This document shows positions 1-12,468 of a stretch of 64,000 bases of DNA, piece after piece. Source of the stretch: the human T2T-CHM13v2.0 reference genome, Homo sapiens. The notes beneath the pieces are model-generated. The model was not told where the DNA came from. It ran no database searches and saw only the letters and a list, made by a program, of their open reading frames with translations. Within the stretch, counting starts at the first letter, position 1. Every line of letters starts with the position of its first letter. The stretch lies in assembly GCF_009914755.1 (NCBI RefSeq), contig NC_060925.1. The stretch is one strand, 5' to 3'. Made by a program: the position numbers and the translations under genes.

Positions 1-659
1 TGTCTGTGTCTTAGTTTTTAACAAAAAAAGTTTTAAAAGTAACAAATAAAAATTAAAAAGTTCTAAATATGGAAAAAAAATGTATAGAGTGAGAATATAA
101 AGAAAATATTTTTGTACCACTGACAATGGGTTTGTGTTTTAAACTAAGTGTTATTAAAACAGAGTCAAAAAGTTAAAAAATTTTAAATGTTTATAAAATA
201 AAGTTATAGTAAGCTAAGTTTAATTTATTATTGAAGAAAGATTTTTTTTAATAAATTGAGTGTAGGCTAAGTATACCTTTTCATAAAGTCTACAGTAGTA
301 TACAGTAATGTCCTAGGCCTTCACATTCACTCGCTACTCACTCACTTACCCAGAGCAACTTCCTGCAAGCTCCATTCACAGTCAGTGCCCTATACAGGTG
401 TGCCACTTTTAATCTTTTACACTGTATTTTATTATACCTTTTATATGTTTAGATATGTTTAGGTACACAAATACTTATCATTGTGTTACAGTTGCCTGCA
501 GTAACTGTATGGTAACAGACCGTCTAGACTAGGTGTGTAGTGGGCTATATATACCCTTTGGGCTTGTGAAAATGCACTCTATGATGTTCACACAATGATG
601 AAATGGCCTAACAATGCATTTCCCAGAACATATCCTTGTCGTTAAGTGGCACATGACTA
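1..659 (+). mobile_element. Tigger3/Golem (Tigger3b-like) TcMar DNA transposon, 3' part (continues off window start)
   Basis: Ends ...catttcccagaacatatccttgtcgttaagtggcacatgacta, matching the Tigger3 terminal sequence/TIR, followed by TA at 660-661. Confidence 0.85.
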
Positions 660-1009
660 TAATTCTTATCTCCAGTTTATATGAAAAAATTAACATTCAG
701 GTAGGTTAAATTAATTGCTCTCAAATATATAAAATAGCAGAAAAACAGGAAGATTGTTCTGTTCCAAAGGCCCCTGATTTCATATCAAGAGTTGATAGTT
801 TGAGAACCTACTCTTAAAAGAAAAAAATTTTGGCCGAAATATTAGAATGTAATGCAATCCTACTAATTAATAAGTTTTATTTATTTTGGCAAATACACAA
901 TTTAATTACTTTACTAGATGTTAGCTGCAAACTGCTTAGCTCCTTTGGAGTTTTTCAAATGTGCAGAAAACCTCAGGTGGAAGAGCCCAAAGCAAAACAC
1001 ACCGCTTTT

Positions 1010-1065
1010 TCCTGATAATGGCATTTTCCAGACGTCATTTTCCCAGCTGTCAGAGTGTGATAAAA
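1010..1065. promoter_or_regulatory. Candidate enhancer motif cluster: E-box-N8-GATA composite, second GATA, CRE-like site
   Basis: CAGCTG 1044-1049, 8-nt spacer, TGATAA 1058-1063. TGATAA 1013-1018 and GACGTCA 1031-1037. Non-repeat context; motif evidence only. Confidence 0.25.
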
Positions 1066-1699
1066 GGCTTGGGTTTAAAAACTTGACCTAAGACTTACCT
1101 GGGTGTTGCCCAGCAGAAATATGGGTTTCATTAAATTAGCAACAGATCTGAAAGCCAGAATGAAAAAGCAAGCTAATTCCCAAAGTCAGTGTTTTGTCCC
1201 CATAACAACCTGCAGGTGTCTGAGGACCATAGAAATCAGCTTAATGTAATTTTTCCATTTTTCTCTGCTCAGGTTCTGAGATGGCAACTGCTGGTTTCAT
1301 TTGTCTGGAGATTTCATCTTTCAGAGCTGTCAAGGATTTTAGTGGCTATAAGGAGAGAACTCTGATGATAAAGTTTATTGATTCATGACTGCATTCATAT
1401 AAAACACTAAATGGAATTTTGAATGGCAAGAAACATGTTTTGTACATTCAATAAATGAGAATCTGTGTATCATGAAAATGGTAACACTTAGTATGATAAT
1501 TTTCAGTTTATAAAGTGTTTTATTTAATTCTGACAATAATCCTGTAAGGTAGCTGAGTTGTTGAGTTATAGTAGCACTCAGTGTATACCCTTCAACCCCT
1601 GCCACAAACACACAAATGCATGTTCAGTTTTCTTTCATATACAAAATATCCCATCTCCCCAAACCGTTACCCCATCTCATACTTTGTTCACTTCTAAAA

Positions 1700-2900
1700 T
1701 TCCTGGAAAGGTGAAATGTTCCCATAACTGTCTTCAACTCATCACTACCACTCCATGAGATCTGGTCTAATCTTTGCCATTATAGAAAATCTCACTTAGT
1801 TACTAATAACTTCCTTGTTGCTAAATGTAGTGAAGTTTCCTCTATATGTATCATTCAAAGTTCTTGGTAGTTTTGCATTCTATTGATCAGCTCCTTCATT
1901 TTCCTATTTTTCTTTTAAGCGTTCCTTACTATGGCTTCCGTGACAATGCAGCTTTCTTCCCAGTACCGTGGCCATTCTCTCTCCAATATCTTTGTTAGCT
2001 CCTCCTTCCTTTCTTCTGGAAAATATATACAGGGCCTTGGGGGTGGGGTGAGGGGCTGGAGCAATAATTTTAGCTCTTTCTCTTCATCTTCCTCTCCCAC
2101 GTTCTACAACAGCTATTCATTTTCTACCCTGTCCTCTTACCACTCAGTTGATGACTTTTTTCAGGTCTACAGGATCTGAATCTCATGGCTTTCTATCCAC
2201 AAGAAATTGCACTCCAAATACATACCCTCTTATCTCCTCTCTTCCAGTTTATGAGGAAGAGGTGTGTCTTTTCCTGTTCAAGACCAAACCTTGTTCATGA
2301 TCCTATCCCCTTCTGCCCTTTCTGGGAATAGAACCTTGTTCCATTGGGTATTTCCTCTCTATAAGATATTTTTAACCTAACCTTATTAGTTTGTTGTTTG
2401 TTTGGAGCCTCTGTACATACTCAGGTCTCTCCAATTCTTAAAAGTGATTGCCTTTACTCAGTGTTCTCTGTAAACACTATCCTATCTTTTTCTCTTTCAG
2501 CAAGGCCAAGCTTCGGCAAGGAAGAGTCTACAGATGCTCTATTTCCCCTCCTTTAACTCTTTCTTCGATTCAGGCTTTAACGCCAGCCTAGGGGCATCTA
2601 ATTGCCTCACATCAACAAGGTTGCTTAATTTCTCAGCAGGAATTGATGCTGCCCTCTACACCCTTTTTTGTTTTAGAGACTTTGCACCTGTGGTTTCCAT
2701 TAGCCACTGTCTCCTGGTTTCTGATTCTTTTTGCTTTGTTTCCATTTGGGCTCTCCTCCTTTCTCATTCACCAAATTGTTGTTCTTTTCCTGCTTCTTCA
2801 CCCCCTCGTCTTCTGTCTTCCCCTCCTCCACCATTTTTCTCTTTCCCCATTGATTCTTTCCATTCAGCTGCAAGTTTGAACCTCATTTGTATACCATGAT
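1700..2900 (+). mobile_element. L2 LINE fragments (degenerate)
   Basis: L2-like blocks such as ttccttgttgctaaat, atggcttccgtgacaatgcagctttc and ggtttccattagccactgtctcctggttt; pyrimidine-rich strand. Confidence 0.55.
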
Positions 2901-2945
2901 ATAAATGACAGATATTGTTCACATGCCAGACACTTCTGTAGGAGT

Positions 2946-2975
2946 ATCGTTGGCCTTAACATCGTTGGCCTTAAC
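2946..2975. repeat. Perfect 15-bp tandem duplication (ATCGTTGGCCTTAAC x2)
   Basis: Directly visible. Confidence 0.95.
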
Positions 2976-3582
2976 TTCTTCTTTCTTGCTCATTCAGTAA
3001 CATGTATTAGAAGGCAAGTGAGTGAGAATGGTTATTACAGGGGTCACCTTGAATCAGTTTTCATTTCTGAAAATAGTAAATAACTTGGAAACTTCAGTAC
3101 TTTCGCCTTTATTAGAGACAGATTACTGGAGACACACCACACAATTGATTGGTGTACCTTAGTGTTTTATGACAACATGGTTGGAAAAGGCTGATATCTT
3201 AGGTCCAACGAAATTATTAAGTTGATTTGGATTTAATGGTGATTTTATAGTTATTTGTCCTGGAGAATTTTCAACCAAAAAATTTAATTCTTTTGATCCC
3301 CCTAGACTCATTCATTTATCTGTTTACTTTTTATCTTACCAATAGGTAAAATTCTTATTCTATAAATATTCTGGTTTGGAGGTTGCTGTTCTCAAATTTC
3401 TAGAATTAAGCAATGAGAAAAATCATTTGTCTGGGTCTTTATGGTTATATACAAGAGTCTTATATTACAAAAAATAGCTTTTTCATAATATAAGAATTAT
3501 AATGAGAACAAAGATATTGTCACTCATGTATTAAAGAGACCCATCCAAGGATAAAGTCCCTGGGAAAGTAAGTTTCTGGAAG

Positions 3583-3613
3583 CTGGAGAGAATGAACTGG
3601 AGAGAATGAACTG
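3583..3613. repeat. Perfect 14-bp tandem duplication (CTGGAGAGAATGAA x2)
   Basis: Directly visible. Confidence 0.95.
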
Positions 3614-4314
3614 AAAAGAATGCCACACATACCTTGAGATACTCTGTTAAGCTATGATATCTTGAAACATGGACAGGAAAAGATTAGAGATTTATGTGAA
3701 TCAGGACAGCTTAAGTCTTGAAATATTTCCTATCTAGAAGACATCTTCTCACAGTGGTTTTTAGAGTAACTTTGAATTTCATGACCTCAGTGAGTATAAA
3801 ATTTGAATGGAGAGAAAATACTGTTCTCTAGAGGTTGAAAACACACATATTCTTTCTTATTATTTTTATAATCATTTGAAACAAATACTTCAGTCATGAT
3901 GAACTATTAAATCTGATTTTCATTTATTTTTAAGGCTCAGAAGGCCAAAGTTTAAACTAGAAGTTGATATTGAGCTGGCTCATATTTACAATTACTATCT
4001 ATTTTCCCCTCTAGTGGTCCCTGTCTACTTCTATTTTTAGTTTACTTCAGCAAAACTGCTGCAACTCTGATAGCAAACATACCGCTTTATCCCAGCAACA
4101 TGGATTAGAAGCTTTTTTAAAAGCAGGAACCATGGTGTATACTTCTATCCTTCAAGTGCTTTGCATACGATTGATGTGTAACAAATAATTTTGAGTTTTT
4201 GTCTCATCAATAAGTAAAACATTTATAGAAAATAAAGATGTTATTTTTTGTAAAGAAAAATAATTTATTTTCTTATTAACTAGAGACAATTTCTATCAAC
4301 AGCCTAGTATAAAC

Positions 4315-4547
4315 CAGAGATTGGCAAGCGTTTTCTTTCAACGGACAAAAATAATAAATATTTGAGGCTGTGTGGACACTGAGGTCTCTGTCGCAACCAC
4401 TCAAGTCAGCTGTTGGGGCATGGAAGCAGCCACAGAAGACAGGAGATGATTAGAAACTGTGTGTGTGGCTGTGTGTCACCAATAAAGCTGTGTTTTCAAA
4501 ATGGGCAGGTTAGAGTCTGCCTGTAAGCTGTAGTTTGCTGATTCCTG
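4315..4547 (+). mobile_element. MER58A hAT-Charlie MITE
   Basis: Termini cagagattggcaagc ... gtttgctgattcctg; internal gtctctgtcgcaaccactcaa and ccaataaagc typical of MER58A. Confidence 0.8.
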
Positions 4548-4707
4548 CAATACACTTTAACACCCACCCCCGACACACATATATGTGGTGGTTTTAAAGA
4601 ATGATATCATTGTATTATATTGTAAAGGTAATTTAAAGCTTTGAAACAGGCTACAGAGATTACTAGATATTGCTTCCAATAGACTCTGGGGATTGTCTGT
4701 CCTAAAC

Positions 4708-4936
4708 AACATGGATTTTCAATTGCCCCAAAGGGGACAAAAATTCGATCTGAGGGGCAGAAAAGAATCATAGTAATTACAATGGTTTGTAGCCCTCCAA
4801 AGTTCAACTCTATCCAACAAAATCCTTATATCTTAGTGTTTAATTTTGAGGGCACTAAGTAGGGGAGATTAGGTTAAGATATCCGAAAAAAATCTTCTTA
4901 GGAAGGCAATAATGAAAGAAACATTGAGAATCACTG
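4708..4936 (-). mobile_element. hAT-Charlie non-autonomous element (MER112-like)
   Basis: Ends ...aataatgaaagaaacattgagaatcactg (reverse complement of a CAGTG.TTCTCAA Charlie-type TIR); subfamily uncertain. Confidence 0.5.
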
Positions 4937-6719
4937 CTATAGGGATGTGGACTTTGTCTTTCCTTGGGTTATTTTCCCATTCTGTAATTTATGAATTACT
5001 GACAAATTATTGAAAATGCAAGTACTTCTTGTCTCTAGACTTTCAAATGACTTCTGTCTGTTGGAAAGACAATCTCCCTCTTCATCCCCAGGAAAAAGCC
5101 AGTTTTGTGTTCATTTTAAATTTATTTCAACATTCATTTGCTCCATGTAAATTTCCAGTTCATTTATTTCTCCTTTGAATTGGTTGTAACATCTGCTTGT
5201 TTCCCTCATTTAATAACTAATAATGAGTTACATAGAAATTTTGACATATGTTTATTTTCTATCTGTATGAGCCTCATGGTTTTACCCACTTTTAAAATAT
5301 AACAATTTCCACTGGTTTATAACAGTTCTTTTTTACTTGAAAATACATCAAAAATCTTCCCATGTCCTTATGGATTTTAAAGATTATAAATATTCCATTA
5401 AATGAATATACCACATTTTTAAAAATTTATCTTTTGTTGTTGGAAAACAATGAATCATTTTTTAATGAGCAAGAGTAAATCGCTCTCTTAACACACAAAA
5501 TACGGGAAGTCATAAAATGTGCCAAAAGCCTCTTACTTAATTTTTTTTGGCATAGTGCTTGTTTGCTTTCAGTTCCACGTTGACTTTTTCGAGAACATGG
5601 GCCAGTGGACATAAAGGCCAATGCTATTTTCATGGCTTTGTTTGTTGACAGAAGGTTACAGGTGTTGCTTCTGTGAATCTACAGATCATTTTGGGAAAGC
5701 ACTAAGCCCTGGCCTCACCAGAGGTACACAGGAGGTTTAGGACATTGAGTACGCTTTGTTACTTTACTTGGCTCCAGGTTCCTGGTTGAGATTCTGGTTG
5801 GCTTGCAATTAATTGCAGGAACATGGAATGTCTACCGTTTGTCTAAGCCTTCCATTTTCCTTGACAGCTCCCCCTTTCTCTTTACCTGCTCAAGTGCACT
5901 GCTGATTACTTCCAGCCCTTAATATCAATGTTTCATATTCTTTAAGCCAAAATTTTAGAAATGAATATTCTCACCTTTCATATGTCCTGATAATTCTGTG
6001 TAACTCTGTTGGTAAGCCTGCCTCTCTCTAATCCTTTCTCTCAGCATTTCCTGTTCTTTACGATTGCCAAGTGAGTGACTTTGGGTGGCAAGTGCCCATT
6101 CTTAGAATAATTTTTTAAAGTTTTTTTTTTTTTTTAGGAAACCATATAAGTAAACATTTTATGCATGGAGAGGAAGGCAAAAGATACAATAAAATAAATG
6201 CTTCAAAGTGAATATTACTTATAAGACCAGAGTAATGAGATGTAAATGGCTTCACCCAATCTCCTGTAAGACAAGCCCGTTGTTACAAATCTGCAATGGT
6301 GGTGCTTCCAGTATATTATTCTTTCTCCTTCTGTTACCAAAAATAACAAATATAACACTTTCAAGATCAACCAGTACTTTATTAAATGATCCTAAATTAA
6401 ATGCAGAAGCAAGAAAGCTGATTCAGATCTTCTGGTTTTCGAAAGAGCATTACAAATTTTAACTTTTGGTAAAATCTATTTAACATTTAGGGAAGTAATC
6501 CTTTGGTAAGTGTCTGCAATTCCTTTAGTACTCTCTCTGCCTACAACAGCATTTAAATTATATATATAAATTGTATAGAGAATGAAAAAAATTCATACCT
6601 AATTCAATTATACATAAGAATCAAAGAAAGCTAAATTAAAGTAAAAAATGAGTTAATTGATAAAAAATAATTTTAAAATGCCAATGTTTAATTTTGATGA
6701 GTCCAGTAAAATCAAACTT

Positions 6720-7240
6720 TTTTGTGTAAATTGGTAAAAATTCATTCTGAAAGATATTTAGGAACATAGATCAGGAACCATTAAAGTGTTTATACCCTTT
6801 CTTGTTAATCCACTTCTGGACACTTAGCCTAAAACAATATTCTAAATGTTGAAAAATTGTGTAAAGGTATTACTAGCAGCAGTGTTACTTGAAAACAGGA
6901 AAGAATTAGAAACAACCTAAATATCCAATTTATTATCCAGGTAATACATTGGTAACAACTAGGTAAAACAGTTTGGTCAGTCTGTGGAATCTGTGGAATA
7001 TTATGCAACCATTCAAATAATGATTATAAAGATGATGTAACATCATCATATGCTTATTGAATAATAAATTTACATTTGAGTATATAATAAAATGAAATAC
7101 TTATGATTTATATTATAAGATAAATATAGCATAAAGATGAAGAAAACACATAAAATCCAGATGTATTTTGGTGGTGGAATAGTTTTAAAAATTGCTTCTT
7201 TTTTTTCAAAGTTTTCTATTAGTCTCCGTGTATTAATTGT
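6720..7240 (+). mobile_element. Old L1M/L1ME 3' fragment
   Basis: aatccacttctgg, aattagaaacaacctaaatatccaa and tggaatattatgcaaccatt are L1 ORF2-end/3'UTR motifs. Confidence 0.6.
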
Positions 7241-8575
7241 ATAATGAGGGGAAAAAATCTCCAAGCTTTCCTAGTAGTTTTTGCTGCTACAAGACCTGTC
7301 ACTTTCTTTTTCTTCCCCCTTCCTTTCTCCCTTCCTTTCCTCTTTTCTTTTTCTTTTTTAAGCTTATACTTTTACTTTCAGTAGAACTAAGTTTTCAGAA
7401 ACTAGTTTTGTTTCTGGTATTTTAATCAACTCTATCACTTCAATCCTCAATAGTTCAGTGAGAGAAATATAACACATTTATTTGACATTTAAGTATAACG
7501 CCATAGCCTCTCCATTCATTGTGAACCTGTACAGTTAAAAATTTGAAGACATTATGGCTTTTAAGGTTAGTGATTAAGATTGCGGGTGCATGGCCAGCCT
7601 TGATTTCCAAGGGAAACACTTCCTTTCTCTGGGTGTGAACAATATGGGATGGAGAACAGAGATATAGAGAGCTTGCCACAGAGATGGGAATTATCTTTGA
7701 CTCTGGCAAGGCTATTGGGACTCTCTTATGTATTTGGTAAGAATTTTGGAAGAGGAATGGTTCCTTGGCTCTGCTGGGGCCTCACCTTGAGACTCGGCAG
7801 CCCTCTGGCTTTCACATAGCTGGGTGAGGAGCTGAGCCAGCTCCAGTTGAACAGGAGCTAGGAGCTCACATCAGATGTGGGCAGGCATGAGCCCAAGTCC
7901 TGGGGAAGGGATAAGGGAGATATGAGGTTGATGGAAGGTGGGCATACTGGAGAGGGTGGCATGCTAGGAGGGTATAGAGCAGAGCTGAGAACAAAGGCAA
8001 GGCCAGGGTAGAACCAAGATCCAGGGATGGAGCTTGCTCATGGAACTGAAGGTTGGACACAGACTTGAGCATAAAGCCTCATTAAAGAAAGCAAAGGCAA
8101 GAAACAGGAGCCAGGGAATGAAGTTGGGCTGAAGTTAATGGGAAGTCCGGTTTTGTAAACAGGAAAAAGGGAAGGGCAGTGCCCAGGTGGAATTGTGGGG
8201 GATGTTCTTTTCAACTCTAGCCACCTGTTATTACTGCTCACACTCTCCAGGTGCAGAGGAGTCCATATCCAGAGTACCCTAAAGGAATTCAGTAGCTTCT
8301 GACCAAATGTCAGATGGATTCCTGGATAAACATCCTTGTCAAGACAGCACTACTGCTCTAGTATTTGTAGCCTGGACCAAGGAGTCTCCTGACTGCCATG
8401 AGGCCCTTCTCCCAAGAATTCTGGCTTACTGAGATCACAAGTTCTCTGATGTAGCTGCCCAGATAAGCGGTACAAAGTTCAAGTGCTTCTAATGCTACCA
8501 TTTATCATGTCTAACATGGATAGATTATCTAATCTTGACAGGTGGTTTTTAATTTGGGGGGGATATATGTACATA

Positions 8576-9645
8576 TGTTGTGGGAAGTCAGGGACCCCAA
8601 AAGGAGGAACTGGCTGAAGCCACGACAGAAGAACGTGGATTGTGAAGATTTTATGGACACTTATTAGTTCCCCAAATTAATACTTTTGTAATTTCTTATG
8701 CCTGTCTTTACTGCAATCTCTAAACATAAATTGTAAAGATTTCATGGACACTTATCACTTCCCCAATCAATATCCTTGTGATTTCCTATGCCTGTCTTTG
8801 CTTTAATCTCTTAATCCTGTCAGTTGAGGAGGATGTATATCGTTCCAGGACCCTGTAATAATTGCGTTAACTACAAAATTTTACAGCATGTGTAGTTGAG
8901 CAATATGAAATGTGGGCACCCTGAAAAAAGAACAGGATAACAGCAATTGTTCAGGGAATAAGAGAGATAACCTTAAATTCTGACCGCCAGTGAGCCGGGC
9001 GGAACAGAGCCATATTTCTCTTCTTTCAAAAGGAAATGGGAGAAATATCGCTGAATTCCTTTTCTCAGCATGGGAAGTCCCTGAGAAAGAGAATGCGCAC
9101 CTAGGGGTAGGTCTCTGAACTGGCCCCCCTGGGGCGTACCTATCTCTTATGGTCGAGATTGCAGAGGTGAAATAAACTCCAGTCTCCCATAGCGCTCCCA
9201 GGCTTATTAGGAAGAGGAAATTCCCGCCTAATAAACTTTGGTCAGACCGGTTGATCTCAAAACGCTGTCTCCTGATAAGATGTTTTCAATGACAATGGTG
9301 CCCAAAACTTCATTAGCAATTTTAATTTCGCCTCCATCCTGTGGTCCTGTGATCTCCGCCCTGCCTCCACTTGCCCTGTGATATTCTATTACCCTGTTAA
9401 GTACTTGATGTCTGTCACCCACACCTATTTGTATACTCCCTCCCCTTTTGAAACTCCCTAATAAAAACTTGCTGGTTTTTGTGGCTTGTGGGGCATCACG
9501 GATCCTACCAATGTGTGATGTCTCCCCCGGACGCCCAGCTTTAAAATTTCTCTCTTTTGTACTCTGTCCCTTTATTTCTCAAGCCAGCCGATGCTTAGGA
9601 AAATAGAAAAGAACCTACGTGATTATTGGGGCAGGTCCCCCAATA
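8576..9645 (+). mobile_element. MER11 (MER11C-like) solo LTR of HERV-K(HML-8)/HERVK11
   Basis: Starts tgttgtgggaagtcagggacc and ends ggtcccccaata; 1070 bp; perfect 6-bp TSD TACATA (8570-8575 / 9646-9651); AATAAA near 9460. Confidence 0.92.
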
Positions 9646-10150
9646 TACATATATGTATACACATGTATATTCCTCATTTGTAAATTTTTATAGTGTATAA
9701 TTTATATCTATATAAATACTATCTATCCACATACACACATGTACATATATATATTACCTATCATTTTCTTTTAAAATTTTTCCTTTAAAATGTTACAGCC
9801 TCTGAGTTAAAATCATTTTGATAATATTTGTATTTTATACATGTTTTTTCAGCTTGTGACTAAATTTACCACATACTACAACATGCCTTGTCTCATGGAA
9901 AGTTTTCAAGGATTCTGCCATTCTGTGGGTCTTCCGAATACTGGGCTGACTTGTCAGTGAGAGAACAAGTAAGGGCTCTAACAATGTGGGAAGCCAAACA
10001 GCTGTGTTTCTCCTGTAGCCGTGGGCCTTGGTGAGTGTGTCCCCTACACATAACTCACTTCCTTGGGCTTTTGCTGTACACCCTCTCTGCCACCAAACAG
10101 CTACTGAGTTTCTGAGTCATAGGCTAAAACTTTCTGCCATAGTTGCCTTT

Positions 10151-10529
10151 TGATGTGGTTTGGCTCTGTGTCCCCACCCAAATCTCATGTTGAATTGTAA
10201 TCCCCAATGTTGGGGAAGGGCCTGATGGCAGGTGATTCTATCATGGGGGTAGATTTCCCCCTTGCTGTTCTTGTGATAGTGAGTTCTCATGGGATCTGAT
10301 GGTTTGAAAGTGCGTGGCATTCCCCCCTTCACTCTCTGTCTCTCCTGCTTCACCATGTAAGACGTGCTTGCTATCCTTTTGCCTTCCACCATGACTGTAC
10401 GTTTCCTGAGACCTCGCAGCCATGCTTCCTGTACAGCTTGTGGAACTGTGAGTCAATTAAACCTATTTTCTTCATAAATTACCCAGTCTCAGCTAGTTCT
10501 TTATAGTAGTGTGAGAACGGACTAATACA
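10151..10529 (+). mobile_element. THE1 (THE1D-like) MaLR solo LTR
   Basis: tgatgtggtttggctctgtgtccccacccaaatctc ... gaacggactaataca; 5-bp TSD ccttt/cgttt (1 mismatch). Confidence 0.9.
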
Positions 10530-10606
10530 CGTTTTAAGCCATTGGCTTATATTTCATTTATGGAGAATTCTGTAAATTAAGATGATGTAGGCATGAGTTA
10601 TAGAAT

Positions 10607-11158
10607 TGTTACCAAAAAATGGTCCTGATCCAGGCCCCAAGAGAGGGTTCTTGGATCTCATGCAAGCAAGAATTCAGGGTGAGTCTATAGAGTAAAGTGA
10701 AAGCAAGTTTATGAAGAAAGTGAAGGAATAAAAGAATGGCTACTCCATAGACAGGGTAGCCCTGAGGGCTGCTGGGCCCATTTTTATGGTTATTTCTTGA
10801 TGATATGCTAAACAAGGAGTGGATTATTCATGCCTCCCCTTTTTAGGCCATATACTGTAACTTCCAGACTTTGCCATGGCATTTGTAAACTGTCATGGCG
10901 CTGGTGGGAGTGTAGCTGTGAGGAGGACCAGAGGTCACTCTCATCACCATCTTGATTTTGGTAGGTTTTAGCCAGCTTCTTTACTGCAACTGTTGTATTA
11001 GCAAGGTCTTCTGACCTGTATCTTGTGCCGACCTCCTATCTCATCCTGTGACTTAGAATGCCGAGCCATCTGGGAATGCGGCTGCCCAGTAAGTCTTAGT
11101 CTTAATTTACCGAGCTCCTATTCAAGATGGAGTTGCTCTGGTTCAAATGCCTCTGACA
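10607..11158 (-). mobile_element. MER41A ERV1 solo LTR
   Basis: Reverse complement starts TGTCAGAGGCATTTGAACCAGAGCAACTCCATCTTGAATAGG; 552 bp; lacks the tandem GAS block found in MER41B. Confidence 0.88.
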
Positions 11159-11167
11159 TTTCCATAT

Positions 11168-11375
11168 AGATTTGTTTTGAATCCTGGCTCCATGGTCTGC
11201 TAGCTGAGTGACATTTTGCCGATGACATTACCCCATTGTACCTCAGTTTCCTTGTTTGAAAAATAGGAATAACCATGCTGATCTATTAAAATTAAGATTA
11301 TTTGAGGAATAAATAAAGTAACACTTGAAAAAATGCTTAGGACATAATAGTAACATAATAAATGATATTATCATT
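11168..11375 (+). mobile_element. MIR SINE
   Basis: ttgaatcctggctcc and the cctcagtttccttgtttgaaaaatagg core. Confidence 0.75.
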
Positions 11376-12084
11376 TTGATGGGGTTGGTTGCCCAATAAG
11401 AAGAAATGTGGGAACACTCATAGAAAGAATAACTGCTATTTAAAAGTGTGTTTCTGGTGCTGGATATATCAGATCAGCTTGACTCAGATACTTTTCTGGG
11501 GAGAATATTTGGCTCTTTTCAGAAATGTGAATGTATATTAACAGGCATGCCTATTTATGTAGCAATATAAAAATACTTTTGTAAACAAATGCTTAACAAA
11601 CAAAAAGAATATGTGACTGAATATGAAAGAATCAAATGCGATCCATGCTATAGGAAAATATGGCATAAAGGTGAAGAAAGTACACGAAATAAAGATGAAT
11701 TATGGCAGCAGAATAAGATTTTATTTGGCCGGACAATGGCAGCCCCTCTATGCCCTTGGTATATGAGGTTGCTGGTTGGTGCGTGTAGGGTGGGGAGAGT
11801 GAAAGCATATTTCCACACGGTGCTAAGAAGCTTATGGGAATAAAAGTGATTGAGATCCTAATTTCTTCCCTTTTGAGGTTGAATGTTGTTAGAACATCTC
11901 TGATGGACTGAGGCAGTCCTAGCTGAAGTCATTAGTTAGGAAAGAAGATCAGATCTCTCCCATCCAGGAAGAAACTCACTGTGGGAAATGGGACAACTAG
12001 GCTGTGCCACATGTCACAAACAAGGGTCTATGTGGTTATAGCAGAAGGCTGGTTCAGGGTTGCTCATTCACCCTTTCAAAAATT

Positions 12085-12210
12085 CTACAATGTGGGACTT
12101 AGTATTGACCTCATTTTTCCAGCTATAAAACTTAGGCTTAGAGGGGTTAAGAAACTTGCCCAAAGTAAGGGTTAGGAGGCAGCTAAGAGCTAGAACTCCA
12201 GCCCCGTCTC
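12085..12210 (-). mobile_element. MIR SINE fragment
   Basis: aaacttaggcttagaggggttaagaaacttgcccaaagt core, reverse orientation. Confidence 0.65.
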
Positions 12211-12314
12211 TCCCCAGAATCCTTGTATGTCACTTCTATACTACACATGTTATCTGAGATCGTTCTCTGGTCTTTCTCTCCTCAACATTCAGTTGACAAA
12301 AATAAAGAAATGCA

Positions 12315-12468
12315 TGGGGTGGGGAGAGGGGCAGGGATAGCATTAGGGGATATACCTAATGTAAATGACGAGTTAATGGGTGCAGCACACCAACATGGCA
12401 GATGCATTCATATGTAACAAACCTGCACGTTGTACACATGTACCCTAAAACTTAAAGTATAATAAAAA
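12315..12468 (+). mobile_element. Severely 5'-truncated L1PA4/5 (~150 bp 3' end)
   Basis: gggatagcattag...aatgtaaatgacgagttaatgggtgcagc...accctaaaacttaaagtataataaaa; TSD AAAGAAATGCA at 12304-12314 and 12469-12479. Confidence 0.9.

Noticed and set aside
2534-2899. 121-aa Ser/Phe/Pro-rich ORF
   Set aside because: It lies in pyrimidine-rich L2-derived sequence, with no domain or splice support.
7700-8200. Purine-rich stretch that may be an old LTR or L2 (similarly ~31415-31800)
   Set aside because: I could not assign termini or a family with confidence by eye.
10607-11158. MER41 as an interferon-gamma-inducible STAT1 enhancer
   Set aside because: This copy joins ggattattcatg directly to cctcccctttt and lacks the tandem TTCCNGGAA block of MER41B.
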